Positions 1-10,662 are shown, counted from the first letter of the stretch. The stretch: 64,000 bases of DNA from Promethearchaeota archaeon (GCA_048940925.1 JBHLOC010000027.1:1-64000), one strand, 5' to 3'. A program made the numbers and translations. Notes: generated by a model not told the origin, from the letters alone.

Positions 1-34
1 TAAGATTCTTATTCCTAAAGAAAAAGTAGAAAAT

Positions 35-394
35 TTACATCAATGATGCTAATGCCGTACTAGCAGCATCCAACTTTAGGTTGATTATACCTAATTTCGC
101 TTCTTTAGTAGTGATAATAGTCAAAATATTTCCTTTAATTTCACTAAACAATATTTTTCCTTTTTCAGATTCGATTATGGCACTGAAGAATTGCCCTTGT
201 TCCAATTCTTTAGATGCTCGTTGACTTGCTTTTAATATTAAAGTGACCATAGCAGCAATAGCTTCTGGATCTATCCACCCAGGCAATGCACTGCCTCTAA
301 TCAATCCGAATTTTTCAATGAGAGCAGCTCCATGAACACCTTTTATTGCCTTTAAAGAATCAAGGATTTCAGTTATTTTTTGACCTTCACTCAT
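35..394 (-). CDS. Roadblock/LC7 (MglB-like) domain protein
   Basis: 119 aa; pattern IKGVHGAALIEKFGLI...IAAM...ELEQG...IIESEKGKI...LGII typical of roadblock domains. Confidence 0.85.
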   Translation of the reverse strand: MSEGQKITEILDSLKAIKGVHGAALIEKFGLIRGSALPGWIDPEAIAAMVTLILKASQRASKELEQGQFFSAIIESEKGKILFSEIKGNILTIITTKEAKLGIINLKLDAASTALASLM

Positions 395-524
395 TTAACT
401 CAATCTGCAAGTTTTTTATTTATAATTTAAAACTTAATTATATTTAAGTATAGAAATTTTACTTAAAAAACTATTTTTTCTTACAATTTTAAATTTAGAT
501 GGGAAGGAAAAAAGTAAAAGATGT

Positions 525-1559
525 TTATAGTTTGATTATTTTACCATATTTATCGAGTATAAGAGCAATAGCAGTAATTATTATCATCATTAGGATTCCA
601 ATAAATAAATCAAGTTTAAATCCGATTATATCAACAATAAGAAAGTGAACTCCTCCGGCAAATATATAAATTATAAAAGGACTTTTTCCATAGCTATCTA
701 ATCCAAAAATTGGTTTTTGCATTTTTTTATCTAAAGCTATGAAAAAAAAAGATAGCAAAATTGATGTTCCTAAGCTAATTAGGATATATGAAAGTGTAAC
801 TTGTCTTTTATTTGGGTACCAACCAGGAATTAATACTATTAGAAGTCCTCCAATAAAACTGATAAGCCCAATTATGATATAGAATTTGTATTTCTGCATC
901 TCGCTATAATCTTTATTTATTAATAAGAATTCACCAAGACAAGTAGAGTAAATCATTATAGCAGAAAAGCCAAATAATGTACCTAATATCCCCCCATGAA
1001 TACTTGCTATAGCATAATCACGCCATCCACTGATATCAAGCATGATTTGATAAAATAATAGCATTAAAGATGCAATAATGGCTCTAATCTTAGGTTTTAA
1101 CCAGAGAAAAGGTAAAGCAATTAAACCTACAGAACCTAGGGTTGGTAATACATCCCAGCAAATAATAGGCATATGATTTACTATTTTAAGTAATGCTCCT
1201 TGGACAATATATACACCTATTAACCCTAATACTAATATGATTCCATATCGGATAACGATATGTGTAACTGCTTTCTTAACTCCATCACTCTCTTTACGTT
1301 TGAAGAATGATAAAGGCATTAAAAATCCCATTAGAAAAATGAATGCAGGGGCACCCACATCAAATAAATTCATAATATGGGTTGTGGTATCATTTTCAGG
1401 ATGTTCAAGAAAGAACCGAAAGGGTCCTTCACGAAGCCAAGTAGGTAAGAACATTGTTATAACAAGCCAAATCATAATAAATCCCCGGGCATGATCAATC
1501 CAATATATCCTTTTAGATTTCTTTTCCAAATCTAGCTCAGATTCATTCATTACTGACAA
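525..1559 (-). CDS. Multi-pass membrane acyltransferase, HGSNAT/DUF1624-like
   Basis: N-terminal RIYWIDHARG motif, DVGAPAFIFLMG, about 9-10 hydrophobic segments. Confidence 0.7.
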   Translation of the reverse strand: MSVMNESELDLEKKSKRIYWIDHARGFIMIWLVITMFLPTWLREGPFRFFLEHPENDTTTHIMNLFDVGAPAFIFLMGFLMPLSFFKRKESDGVKKAVTHIVIRYGIILVLGLIGVYIVQGALLKIVNHMPIICWDVLPTLGSVGLIALPFLWLKPKIRAIIASLMLLFYQIMLDISGWRDYAIASIHGGILGTLFGFSAIMIYSTCLGEFLLINKDYSEMQKYKFYIIIGLISFIGGLLIVLIPGWYPNKRQVTLSYILISLGTSILLSFFFIALDKKMQKPIFGLDSYGKSPFIIYIFAGGVHFLIVDIIGFKLDLFIGILMMIIITAIALILDKYGKIIKL

Positions 1560-1652
1560 ACCATTAAAAGGTGTATAGAAAGATATTATTATTGTAATTT
1601 ATGTTCTTATTATATTTAAGAATAAATTTTTAGAATATTATCAAAAAATATC

Positions 1653-2795
1653 ATGGAGAATATAGTTTTTAGACATTATAGCGAAGGAGATGATAAACAA
1701 TTAGCTAAACTTTTTAATCTGACATTTAATAGAGATGGGATTGGTCCCATCAGAACTTTAAAAAGTTGGGTTTGGAGATATATTCGATCACCAGGCTTTG
1801 AGCCAGAAATGTGTCAAATTGCTGAAGATATTGAAAAAAAGCTAATTGTAGGTGCTGTTTATGCTAATTTAATAGAATTTATATCTCTAAATGGTAAAAA
1901 TTATCTAGTTGGAGATATTAATGACGTGTCTTGTCATCCGGATTATTCTAGAAGAGGCATAGCAACAAAGTTAATGCATATGGCAATCAAATATATGAAG
2001 AAAAAAAGATGTGATTTCTCAATTCTCTCAGCGGGCTATAAAGGATTTCCAAGGATAAAGATTTACAAAAGATTGGGATTTATTGATTTAGAAAGGGGAA
2101 TATCTTTTATTCAAATTCCAAATATGTATAGTTTAATTAAGGATATCTATGGATTTATTTCTTTATTTCCATTATTATTTACTTTTTCTTATCTTCCAAG
2201 AATTATTCAAAAAATGCGAATAAAGTTTAATCCATTTTTAAGAGAATTTTCTTTTGAAATAAATTACAATAGAAGGCATTTTGAATATATGAGATTAATG
2301 AATCAGATTTTACCAAAATATTATACTGGATATCGAAAATATAACAAAGAAAAATATATTTGGGAACGTATTAATGTCCCCAGTAAAAATTATAAACCAA
2401 CTTATATTGTAATTAAGAAAAATAAAAAGATTATTGGAGGTGCAACAATAACCCAGCGAAATTTCCATTCTTTTAAATATAAAATAAAGTTAAAAATCGG
2501 AATAATTCAAGAAATTTTTCTTGATAAGAGTGTTTTTAAAGACAAGCATGAAATCCAATTAGGATACTTATATTTGATTGACAAGATTTTAAAAGCAGCA
2601 ACACGTCGCTTCTTGTCAGTATTATTATATAATTCTGCCTTAAAGGATTATGATTTACACTTAGGCTTCAAGGCGTTTCATTTTTTAAAATTACATGATC
2701 AAGTTTTAATGATAAAAGTATTAAAAAAAAATCTTAAAATCCCCCATTTTAAGAAACCATTTTTCATTCCATTATCTGTATCTTTAGGAGGTTAA
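1653..2795 (+). CDS. GNAT family N-acetyltransferase
   Basis: Acetyl-CoA motif A VSCHPDYSRRGIATKLM and YKRLGF. Confidence 0.85.
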   Translation: MENIVFRHYSEGDDKQLAKLFNLTFNRDGIGPIRTLKSWVWRYIRSPGFEPEMCQIAEDIEKKLIVGAVYANLIEFISLNGKNYLVGDINDVSCHPDYSRRGIATKLMHMAIKYMKKKRCDFSILSAGYKGFPRIKIYKRLGFIDLERGISFIQIPNMYSLIKDIYGFISLFPLLFTFSYLPRIIQKMRIKFNPFLREFSFEINYNRRHFEYMRLMNQILPKYYTGYRKYNKEKYIWERINVPSKNYKPTYIVIKKNKKIIGGATITQRNFHSFKYKIKLKIGIIQEIFLDKSVFKDKHEIQLGYLYLIDKILKAATRRFLSVLLYNSALKDYDLHLGFKAFHFLKLHDQVLMIKVLKKNLKIPHFKKPFFIPLSVSLGG

Positions 2796-3000
2796 AAATT
2801 CTGTATTGAATTAAGAAAGGAAATTATCTTAGATCCTTTGATCGAAGCTATGAACTGAATTCTGAAATAATTATAGCTGAATATGAGTAAATTATATATG
2901 GACCACATGATATTTAAAAGGATTAGAACATTTTGTCTATCTAATTTATAAGTAAGCTTTTAAATAGTGACTTTTTGAAAATACAAATTAATGAGTAATT

Positions 3001-3837
3001 ATGACAGGAAATAAAAATTTTATGGATGTGGAGGATCCAGGCATTGCAGTAATTACTGGAGCAAGTTCAGGAATTGGAGAATCGTTTGCACGAATCTTAA
3101 GTTCTCAGGGTTTTGATTTGGTTATTACTGCTCGAAGAAAAAATAGATTGGAATCCCTAGCTGCAGAATTGATGGAAAAACACGGTATTAATGTTGAGAT
3201 TATTGCTGGTGATCTCTCCCAACCTGAATTTATGGAAAAACTTGCTTCATATATCGAAAATATCAATAATCTTGATGTATTGGTTAATGATGCAGGATTC
3301 GGAACAAGAGAAGCTTTTATCGACAAAAATTCCGATGTTAGTGTCTTCATGAAAATGTTAAACCTCCATTGTGGGGCGATTGTTCGCTTAATGCATGCCG
3401 CACTGAAAAAGATGCAGAGCAATGACAGAGGAGTTATTTTTAACATCTCATCTATAGCAGGATTGATATTACATGGTTCACGAGAACCAATGTATCATTC
3501 TACAAAAGGATTTATTTCAATTTTTACTGAGATGGTACAGCTTAAACTAAATTTCATTAAATCAAAAGTGAAACTTAAAAGTATTTGTCCAGGAAATACA
3601 CATACCGAAATCTTTGGACCATCAGCTAGGGCTATACCTGGAAAGTTTGGTGGCCCGATGTATCCTGAAGAAGTCGTAAATATTGCGTTAGATTCGTATA
3701 AAAATAGAGATATCGTTGTTATCACAGGAGATCATAATATAGATGAAGTAATGGATTGGCGTGAGGTAGCATATAATAAACCAGGCAGATTCTTCTCAAG
3801 AGATTACACAAAATCAGGATTTGTAAAAGAAAAATGA
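3001..3837 (+). CDS. Short-chain dehydrogenase/reductase (SDR)
   Basis: TGASSGIG, NDAG, catalytic YHSTK, CPG. Confidence 0.9.
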   Translation: MTGNKNFMDVEDPGIAVITGASSGIGESFARILSSQGFDLVITARRKNRLESLAAELMEKHGINVEIIAGDLSQPEFMEKLASYIENINNLDVLVNDAGFGTREAFIDKNSDVSVFMKMLNLHCGAIVRLMHAALKKMQSNDRGVIFNISSIAGLILHGSREPMYHSTKGFISIFTEMVQLKLNFIKSKVKLKSICPGNTHTEIFGPSARAIPGKFGGPMYPEEVVNIALDSYKNRDIVVITGDHNIDEVMDWREVAYNKPGRFFSRDYTKSGFVKEK

Positions 3838-3889
3838 AAAAAATTTCTCATGATATAAAATGATTAATATAATTATTGACTGATTCTTA

Positions 3890-4636
3890 ATGCCTGTTGA
3901 CCCTAAATTAGCTGCTACCGTAATATTATTGCGCGAACGAACATTAGAATTAGATTCAGAAGATGATTGTGAGTTTGAAGTATTCATGGCTAAAAGACAT
4001 AAAAATGCAAGATTTATGAGCGAACACCATGTATTCCCAGGTGGTAGTATCGATGAACAAGACTTAACAAAAGAAGCAAGAACAAGATTGATAGGATTTG
4101 ATAAAGACATCATTAATAATTTAAAAGAAATATGTAAGGATCCAGCAAATCTTTGGATTATAGCAATCCGCGAGCTCTTTGAAGAAACTGGGATTTTGAT
4201 AGCCACAGATAAATCAGGAAACAAACTTGGAAAAATTGAAGATAAACCCAAAAAATTAAAGAAACATCAGAAAAATCTTCAAAAAAATCGTAAAACTATG
4301 ACTGAAGTTCTAATTAAGGAAAATCTTTATTATAATATGAATAATTTAAGATATTTTGGAAGATTAATAACCCCTAAGGTATCACCGATTAGATTCGATA
4401 CACAATTCTTTTTATGTAAATTTCCTCAAAAGCAGAATATTAATTTATTTAGAGATGAATTAATAGAAGGTTTATGGGGAACTCCAGGTCAAATTTTAGA
4501 ACAATTTAAAAATAGACAGATAAAATTAATATTTCCTCAATATTCTACCCTTCAACGGCTTCAAGGGTTTAAAACGATTCAAGAGGTATTTGATAATTCG
4601 AAGAACATGTCTAGTCGTAATAGATTAAATGATTGA
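3890..4636 (+). CDS. NUDIX hydrolase, NUDT19-like (possible acyl-CoA diphosphatase)
   Basis: VFPGG...AIRELFEETG split Nudix box, ITP...RFDTQFF. Confidence 0.8.
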   Translation: MPVDPKLAATVILLRERTLELDSEDDCEFEVFMAKRHKNARFMSEHHVFPGGSIDEQDLTKEARTRLIGFDKDIINNLKEICKDPANLWIIAIRELFEETGILIATDKSGNKLGKIEDKPKKLKKHQKNLQKNRKTMTEVLIKENLYYNMNNLRYFGRLITPKVSPIRFDTQFFLCKFPQKQNINLFRDELIEGLWGTPGQILEQFKNRQIKLIFPQYSTLQRLQGFKTIQEVFDNSKNMSSRNRLND

Positions 4637-4894
4637 AGAACAAAATTAAGATTGATATAGGGATTTTTATTTCTAATTTTTACTTAAAATTAACTCCTTT
4701 CAAATCTCACTTAAAAAATATTTGATCTCTTTACTTATAAAAAGAGAAAATGTTGAATAAATTCTTGAAAATAAATCTTTTTAATTACTATTAGTATTTA
4801 AAAGGAATTTAAAAATTAAATATAAATAATTAAATTGAAATAATTAATATAGTTGAATTTAAACCAAGCATACATAAATTGGAAGTGATTTTTT

Positions 4895-5677
4895 TTGGGT
4901 AAAGAAATTGATCAAACTAAAAAAGTGTTTAAAGATGCTTTTGATGCTTTAAGCGATTATTTTGAAGAAAAGCGATCTGATACAGTTTTTGAAGAAGAAA
5001 AAAAAGCTAAAAAAGGAAAAGTCGCATTAGCTAACTTTTCGAAAGGTTTAATTGGCAAAACTGATAAGATAAACTTTAGAATTTTAATAGGCCAAAAGAA
5101 AGAAATTGGAGACTATATTTACGAAGCTATTTACTTAAGCGATAAAAAAGAACCTAGAATTTATATATATCAAACTAATAATGGAAAGCCTTGTAATACC
5201 ATCTTAACAAATTTTAAAGAAGAAGATTGGAATGGTTATAAAAAAGTGGAAAAATATAAATCATTAACAAAATTTTTGGAAGAAGCTTTTAAAGAAGGGA
5301 TTTACAACAAAGGAAAAAAAGAAAAAAAGGAAGATGCTTTAAATAGATTAATAAAAGGGCTGAAAAGATCTTTAGAAGCAGTTGAAGATGACGAGAAAGC
5401 TAAGAAAGGAGGAATGAGTCCTACTGCTAAGAAGATCGCAAAAGTAGTAGCAATAGCTGCTATTACATCAATTGCTACCGCAGCCTTAACTCCTGCTGCT
5501 GGAGTCATCGTTGAACAAATAGCTGGTGGAGGGACGATTGGAGGTGATGTAGTTGGTCAAGCTGCTGATGCTGCTGTACAAGGACTTAAAGAATTAGTTG
5601 ATCCTACAAAAATAGCGAAAAAAGCTATTACTAAAGCAATAACAAAAGGTAAAGATATACCAGGTGCGGATAGGTAA
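4895..5677 (+). CDS. Hypothetical protein with C-terminal Ala/Gly-rich hydrophobic helices
   Basis: 260 aa ORF, TTG start after GGAAGTGA; Lys-rich N-terminus. Confidence 0.6.
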   Translation: MGKEIDQTKKVFKDAFDALSDYFEEKRSDTVFEEEKKAKKGKVALANFSKGLIGKTDKINFRILIGQKKEIGDYIYEAIYLSDKKEPRIYIYQTNNGKPCNTILTNFKEEDWNGYKKVEKYKSLTKFLEEAFKEGIYNKGKKEKKEDALNRLIKGLKRSLEAVEDDEKAKKGGMSPTAKKIAKVVAIAAITSIATAALTPAAGVIVEQIAGGGTIGGDVVGQAADAAVQGLKELVDPTKIAKKAITKAITKGKDIPGADR

Positions 5678-5813
5678 TAATTTAAGATAATAACCTTCTT
5701 ATCTTATTATTTTTTTAATATCTTGAATTATAATTAGATAATAAATCAATTACTATAAAAAAAATAAAGTGATTTGAATTTCTCCTGTAAAAAATGCTTT
5801 AAAGGATAAAAGT

Positions 5814-6248
5814 TTGAATTGGGGCATCACATTTTTTACTGTCCTGACGTTCTTTTCTTTTTTTGCCACCAGTCTTGTTTTTACTGGGTTTCTTCTTTAT
5901 GCGGATATCCATTTTATACTCGGAGCTTTAGTAGGGACCTATATAACTCTAAAAAATCGAAATTCAGATGAGTCATTTACAACTTATGGATTATTAGTTG
6001 GTGGTTTAGGTGGTTTTACTTCCGCTTTCTTCATTAGCCTTTATGTAACCGTCATAAATGCAATCTTTAGGGGATTTAATATTATAATTTTTCTTATTAA
6101 TCTACTAAATTCTTCTATATCTGGATTAGCTATTGGATCAATAATAGGCGCAATGATGGCAGCTTATTTTAATTATAAAGAGGTAGGAAAAGAAAGAAAA
6201 AAAGAAGATATTGACGATGATTTTTTCAAAGATTTGATTGAAGAATAA
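5814..6248 (+). CDS. Small multi-pass membrane protein
   Basis: About four Gly-rich hydrophobic segments and an acidic tail. Confidence 0.6.
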   Translation: MNWGITFFTVLTFFSFFATSLVFTGFLLYADIHFILGALVGTYITLKNRNSDESFTTYGLLVGGLGGFTSAFFISLYVTVINAIFRGFNIIIFLINLLNSSISGLAIGSIIGAMMAAYFNYKEVGKERKKEDIDDDFFKDLIEE

Positions 6249-6497
6249 ACGTAATATAATTTAGATTAATTCAAATCTTTTCAATGCTTTTAAAGCAGAT
6301 ATAGTGGCATTAACTCTATGTTCTTCTCCCTTCCCTTCCTTAGGATCCCAACTTCTAACTAAATATAACAGGTATTAAAGTTGAAGAATTTTATGTTGTA
6401 TGAGAATTTCATTACCTTAAAGTTAAAAATTGGTCTCTATAAGAGTTATATAGTATCTAGGTCTACTTTAGAATAAAAGAATTGAAGTAGAATAAAA

Positions 6498-6776
6498 ATG
6501 AGTAAAGTAATAAAATCGGAAAGTTATCATATTTTACCATCTAGAAGGGAAAAATTAATCAATATACTTTTTAGTGAAATCATTTTTTTAAAAAAAAAAT
6601 CAAAAAACTTTATAGATCAAAAGTTTTTTAAAATCTCATTAGAAAAATTAGAATACCTTTTAAATATTGTAAGAGATAACGAAACAGAGTTATCGGAAAA
6701 AAATTTTAATAAGATTATTTTAATTATCTACAAAATTTTCCAAGTTATTACAGAGGAAATAGAAATAAAAGAATAA
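6498..6776 (+). CDS. Hypothetical protein
   Basis: 92 aa ATG-started ORF, helical composition. Confidence 0.5.
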   Translation: MSKVIKSESYHILPSRREKLINILFSEIIFLKKKSKNFIDQKFFKISLEKLEYLLNIVRDNETELSEKNFNKIILIIYKIFQVITEEIEIKE

Positions 6777-6791
6777 AAAAAAAATTTAAAA

Positions 6792-7730
6792 TTACATTAA
6801 AGAAGCAAGTGAACTTGTTAAAGTTTCTTTTTTAGGTTTACCTTCTAATAATTCTTTTTGCACTCGTTCAGCTAAAATTTGAGGTGTAAAACGATCTCCA
6901 TTATTATTTATTTGCTTATAAGTTGTCCATCCTATTAATGAAAATACACGATCCCCGACTACTCTAAAAACCTCTCCTGTAATACTACTTGCCTTATCTG
7001 AAGCTAAAAACGTGACCATAGGAGCAACATTACTAGGATTGAATATATCAAATCCTCTTTTATCCTTCATACTCATTGTGCCTGCCATGGTAGGCGTTGC
7101 ATCTGTAGTGAGTCTTGTTCTAGCAACAGGTACAATACAATTGACGGTAGCATATTTCTTTAATTCCATAGATGCAATATTGGTAAATGAGGCGATACCT
7201 GCCTTCGCTGCTCCATAATTAGATTGACCTACGTTTCCTAGTAAACCAGCATCCGAAGCTGTGTTAATTATTCTCCCAAAATTTCCTAAACTTTCATTAG
7301 CTTTTACTTGAGCTCTAAAATATTCAGATGCATGACGAGTCATGTTGAAAGTGCCTTTGAGATGTACTGCAATAACGTCATCAAATTCAGCTTCTGTCAT
7401 ATTAAAGAGCATCCTATCCCGCAGAATACCTGCATTATTTACAAGGATATCTAATTTTCCATATTCAGTTATTGCTTGCTCAATCATAGCTTTAGCTTTA
7501 TTAAAATCGGTAACTGAATCATAATTTCCCACCGCTTTAACTCCTAAGTTTCTGCATTCTTCTGCAATTTGGTCAGCAACCTTAGTTTCAGCCCCGCTAC
7601 CATCATGACTACCACCTAGATCATTTACTAATAAATTACAGCCTTCTTTTGCAAACAATAACGCTTCTTCACGACCTAAACCTCGTCCCGCTCCAGTGAT
7701 AATAGCTACTTTACCATCTAACATTCCCAT
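6792..7730 (-). CDS. SDR oxidoreductase (3-oxoacyl/hydroxyacyl-CoA dehydrogenase, MFE-2 N-domain-like)
   Basis: TGAGRGLG, VNDLGG, NNAGILRD, GNVGQSNYGAAK. Confidence 0.9.
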   Translation of the reverse strand: MGMLDGKVAIITGAGRGLGREEALLFAKEGCNLLVNDLGGSHDGSGAETKVADQIAEECRNLGVKAVGNYDSVTDFNKAKAMIEQAITEYGKLDILVNNAGILRDRMLFNMTEAEFDDVIAVHLKGTFNMTRHASEYFRAQVKANESLGNFGRIINTASDAGLLGNVGQSNYGAAKAGIASFTNIASMELKKYATVNCIVPVARTRLTTDATPTMAGTMSMKDKRGFDIFNPSNVAPMVTFLASDKASSITGEVFRVVGDRVFSLIGWTTYKQINNNGDRFTPQILAERVQKELLEGKPKKETLTSSLASLM

Positions 7731-7872
7731 ATTTATTTCTCACTTTAGATTTTATTTTAACTATTAATTTTTATTAATGTGAATAATTAACAACGATTTT
7801 TATACTTAAAAAATTTTTATAATTTAAGGTTCTAGTCCCCTTTTTTTAAATTTAACTTATGAGGAAGAAAAT

Positions 7873-8220
7873 TTGAATCTGTTAACTCATGTATTAATGG
7901 GTATAATAGTGTAAATTAATTGTTTCAAACTATTTCTAGTTCCATTAAATCTCATCTTAACAGTCATTTTAGCTTTTTTTTCTCATTTTATAATTGATAT
8001 GGTCGATTGGCTCATTTTAAGCCTGATTTATGAATTGAGAGTAAAAGATTCTAAAATAGATTGGAAAAGGAATTATTTGTTTCATACTCTATTATCTGAG
8101 TTCAGAGAAAATACATTATTTTGGTTACCAGACTAGAAATATTTAAAAGAAAAAGCTTCAATAATAGAGATTGTATTAGAAATTATTCTATTTTCAGTGG
8201 TAATTTATCTAATCCTTTAA
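7873..8220 (+). pseudogene. Degraded membrane protein gene (metal-dependent hydrolase-like)
   Basis: One frame reads MNLLTHVLMGIIV*INCF...AFFSHFIIDMVDW...FWLPD*KYLK...LIL*, with internal stops at 7912 (TAA) and 8134 (TAG). Confidence 0.55.
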
Positions 8221-8593
8221 AATCTTTAAAGTAAAATAAATGACTTTTACATTTACAATCTGATGACCCAAAATCCTGAATAAATCCCTCTGAGATTTTT
8301 AATATTTCTTTTGCTATTGTACATTCATAATTTTGATTTGTTGGAATCAGATATAAACGATAAAATATTGAAAAGGGATTATTAAGTAGATAATCGATAT
8401 GCCAATGAAGCTTCTTATTTAAAAAAGATAGATGTCTCATTATTCGGTTATTTAATGTCGACGAACCTGAGTTTCCCATTGCTGACCCTATGTACAAGTA
8501 ATAGCCTTCCCTGAATAGGATATTACCTAAAGCTCCAATCTCTATATAAGTGTTTTTTGAGATATAAACAACTAAAATGTATGAACCTTTCAC
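8183..8593 (-). CDS. GIY-YIG/Uri superfamily nuclease (DUF123)
   Basis: KGSYIL, YLYIGSA, HWHIDYLL, FGSSDCKCKSHL. Confidence 0.85.
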   Translation of the reverse strand: MKGSYILVVYISKNTYIEIGALGNILFREGYYLYIGSAMGNSGSSTLNNRIMRHLSFLNKKLHWHIDYLLNNPFSIFYRLYLIPTNQNYECTIAKEILKISEGFIQDFGSSDCKCKSHLFYFKDFKGLDKLPLKIE

Positions 8594-8688
8594 TTGTTTT
8601 ACATTTTTTTGTTAAGATATTTTAATAAAAATTAATTTCTCTTTACTTGTGTTCATTTAACATCTACTCTCCAATGTCCTTGGCATTT

Positions 8689-9549
8689 TCAATAGCTATA
8701 AAATCCTTTCTTAGTTTTTCTACCTAATAATCCGTCACTTACCATTTTTCTTAAGCGAGGACTTGGCTGATATTTATCTCCGAATTCTTTTGATAAATAT
8801 TCTCCGATATGGAGATATACATCATTTCCAACTAGATCAGAAAGTTCTAAAGGTCCCATTGGAAAATTGAATGCTAATTTACACGCTATATCAATATCTT
8901 CGGTACTTGCAATTCCTTTCATCAACATATTGACAGCTTCGTTGCATAAAACGTATATAAGTCTTGTTGTTATGAATCCTGGTGAATCATTTACAGTTAC
9001 CACAGTCTTATTTAGACTTTCAGAAAATTGTTTAGATATTTTCAAAACTTCATTAGAAGTATATTTTCCTTTAATTAACTCTATTAATTTCATCACAGAG
9101 GCAGGATTGAAGAAATGAATACCTACTATCCTCTCTTGGTATTTTGATTTTGATGCAATATCAGTAATACTCAATGACGATGTATTAGAAGCGAGAATTA
9201 CCTTTCTGTCGCAAATTTCATCCAACTCAGAAAAGATTTGCTGTTTCAATGCCATGTCTTCAAATACAGCTTCTATAACAATTTGTACGTCTTTTACAGC
9301 TTCTTTTATCTTCACAGTTAAATTAATTCTGGCTAGAATATTATCTGCTTCTTCTTTTGTTATTTTATTTTTAGCTACAAAAAATCGATTTAAATTGCTT
9401 TCAATCTTACTTCTCGCTTTTTGTAATATTTCTTTATTCACATCTACTAAGGTTACATTGTAATCCTGAGTTGCTACTAACTGAGCAATTCCAGAACCCA
9501 TTATTCCTGCTCCAATTACACATATGCTTTTAATTTCCATAAATCTCAC
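8689..9549 (-). CDS. 3-hydroxyacyl-CoA (3-hydroxybutyryl-CoA) dehydrogenase
   Basis: GAGIMGSGIA, EAVFE, SNTSSL, HFFNP, PMGPLEL.D.VG. Confidence 0.92.
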   Translation of the reverse strand: MRFMEIKSICVIGAGIMGSGIAQLVATQDYNVTLVDVNKEILQKARSKIESNLNRFFVAKNKITKEEADNILARINLTVKIKEAVKDVQIVIEAVFEDMALKQQIFSELDEICDRKVILASNTSSLSITDIASKSKYQERIVGIHFFNPASVMKLIELIKGKYTSNEVLKISKQFSESLNKTVVTVNDSPGFITTRLIYVLCNEAVNMLMKGIASTEDIDIACKLAFNFPMGPLELSDLVGNDVYLHIGEYLSKEFGDKYQPSPRLRKMVSDGLLGRKTKKGFYSY

Positions 9550-10337
9550 TACTTTCTAAATTGATTGAAATCAGCTTTACGTTTTTCTAAAAAAGCATTC
9601 TTACCTTCCACTGCTTCATCCGTATCATAATAAAGTGATAAGCCCCCTACTCCCAGTTGTGTTACTCCTGATACACCATCAGTCTCAGCCAGAAACGCAT
9701 ACTTGAGCATTTTCAAAGCTGTGGGACTCTTTTCTAATAATTCTGAGCACCAATTATTCACTTCATCATCTAATTTTTCAAATGGAACGACAGCATTTAC
9801 AAGTCCCATTTCTAACGCTTGCTGGGCAGTATATCGACGACATAAATACCAAATCTCCTTTGCTCGTTTAATACCTACAGCACGCATTAAGTCACCGGTT
9901 CCATACCCAGGATCAAAAGATCCAACTCGCGGTCCTGCCTGACCTAATTGGGCATGTTCTGCAGCAATACTAAGATCACAATTCACATGCCATACATGCC
10001 CTCCTCCAATTGCATAACCATTCACTCTGGCAATTACAGGTTTAGGTAACGTCCGGATTAAATAAGTTACCCGCTGCCAACCAACCTCTAATGGTAATAA
10101 AAGTTCTCCTTCATACCCACCTTTCTGCCGAGTCGTTTGGTCACCCCCTGTACAAAAAGCTTTTTCCCCTATACCCGTAAATACCACCACTCCGATTTCA
10201 TTATCCCAACATTGGTTAAAGGCATCAATCAATTCATAAACAGCATCTAAATTGCATGCGTTATACCGTTCAGGACGATTTATAGTTATACGAGCAACTC
10301 TATCTTTTTTTTCAAATATAATTTCTTTATAGTTCAT
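9549..10337 (-). CDS. menB: Crotonase-family enzyme, MenB (DHNA-CoA synthase)/BadI subfamily
   Basis: AFCTGGDQ, GYAIGGGH, GPRVGSFD, KEIWYLCRRY; abuts the 3-hydroxyacyl-CoA dehydrogenase gene. Confidence 0.7.
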   Translation of the reverse strand: MNYKEIIFEKKDRVARITINRPERYNACNLDAVYELIDAFNQCWDNEIGVVVFTGIGEKAFCTGGDQTTRQKGGYEGELLLPLEVGWQRVTYLIRTLPKPVIARVNGYAIGGGHVWHVNCDLSIAAEHAQLGQAGPRVGSFDPGYGTGDLMRAVGIKRAKEIWYLCRRYTAQQALEMGLVNAVVPFEKLDDEVNNWCSELLEKSPTALKMLKYAFLAETDGVSGVTQLGVGGLSLYYDTDEAVEGKNAFLEKRKADFNQFRK

Positions 10338-10662
10338 TCTTAAATTTCACATGACTTTTTTATAATTTTATTGTCTATGATTTATCATTTAAATTGATCT
10401 TAATATATTTCTTTTGGTAATTAAAGCTCAAAAAACTATGCATACAGAAAAATCTGATATTTCTACGTGAAATTTTTGTTTTATAAATGTTGTGGCATAC
10501 TGTCCGACACACATCTATAAATGAAAAAGTTATTTCTAACCTATGACAGAAGTTAAGAATGACCAAATGAAAGATGAATTAAAAAAGTTGTTATATGATA
10601 AATTAGACGTTAAGCTTGTAGCTGATACCTAGACTTTAATATAATAAGAACCAAAGTATATT

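Noticed and set aside
7873-8220. Stop-codon recoding (pyrrolysine or alternative genetic code)
   Set aside because: Two different stop types occur in one gene, and other genes in the window end normally at TAA/TAG/TGA
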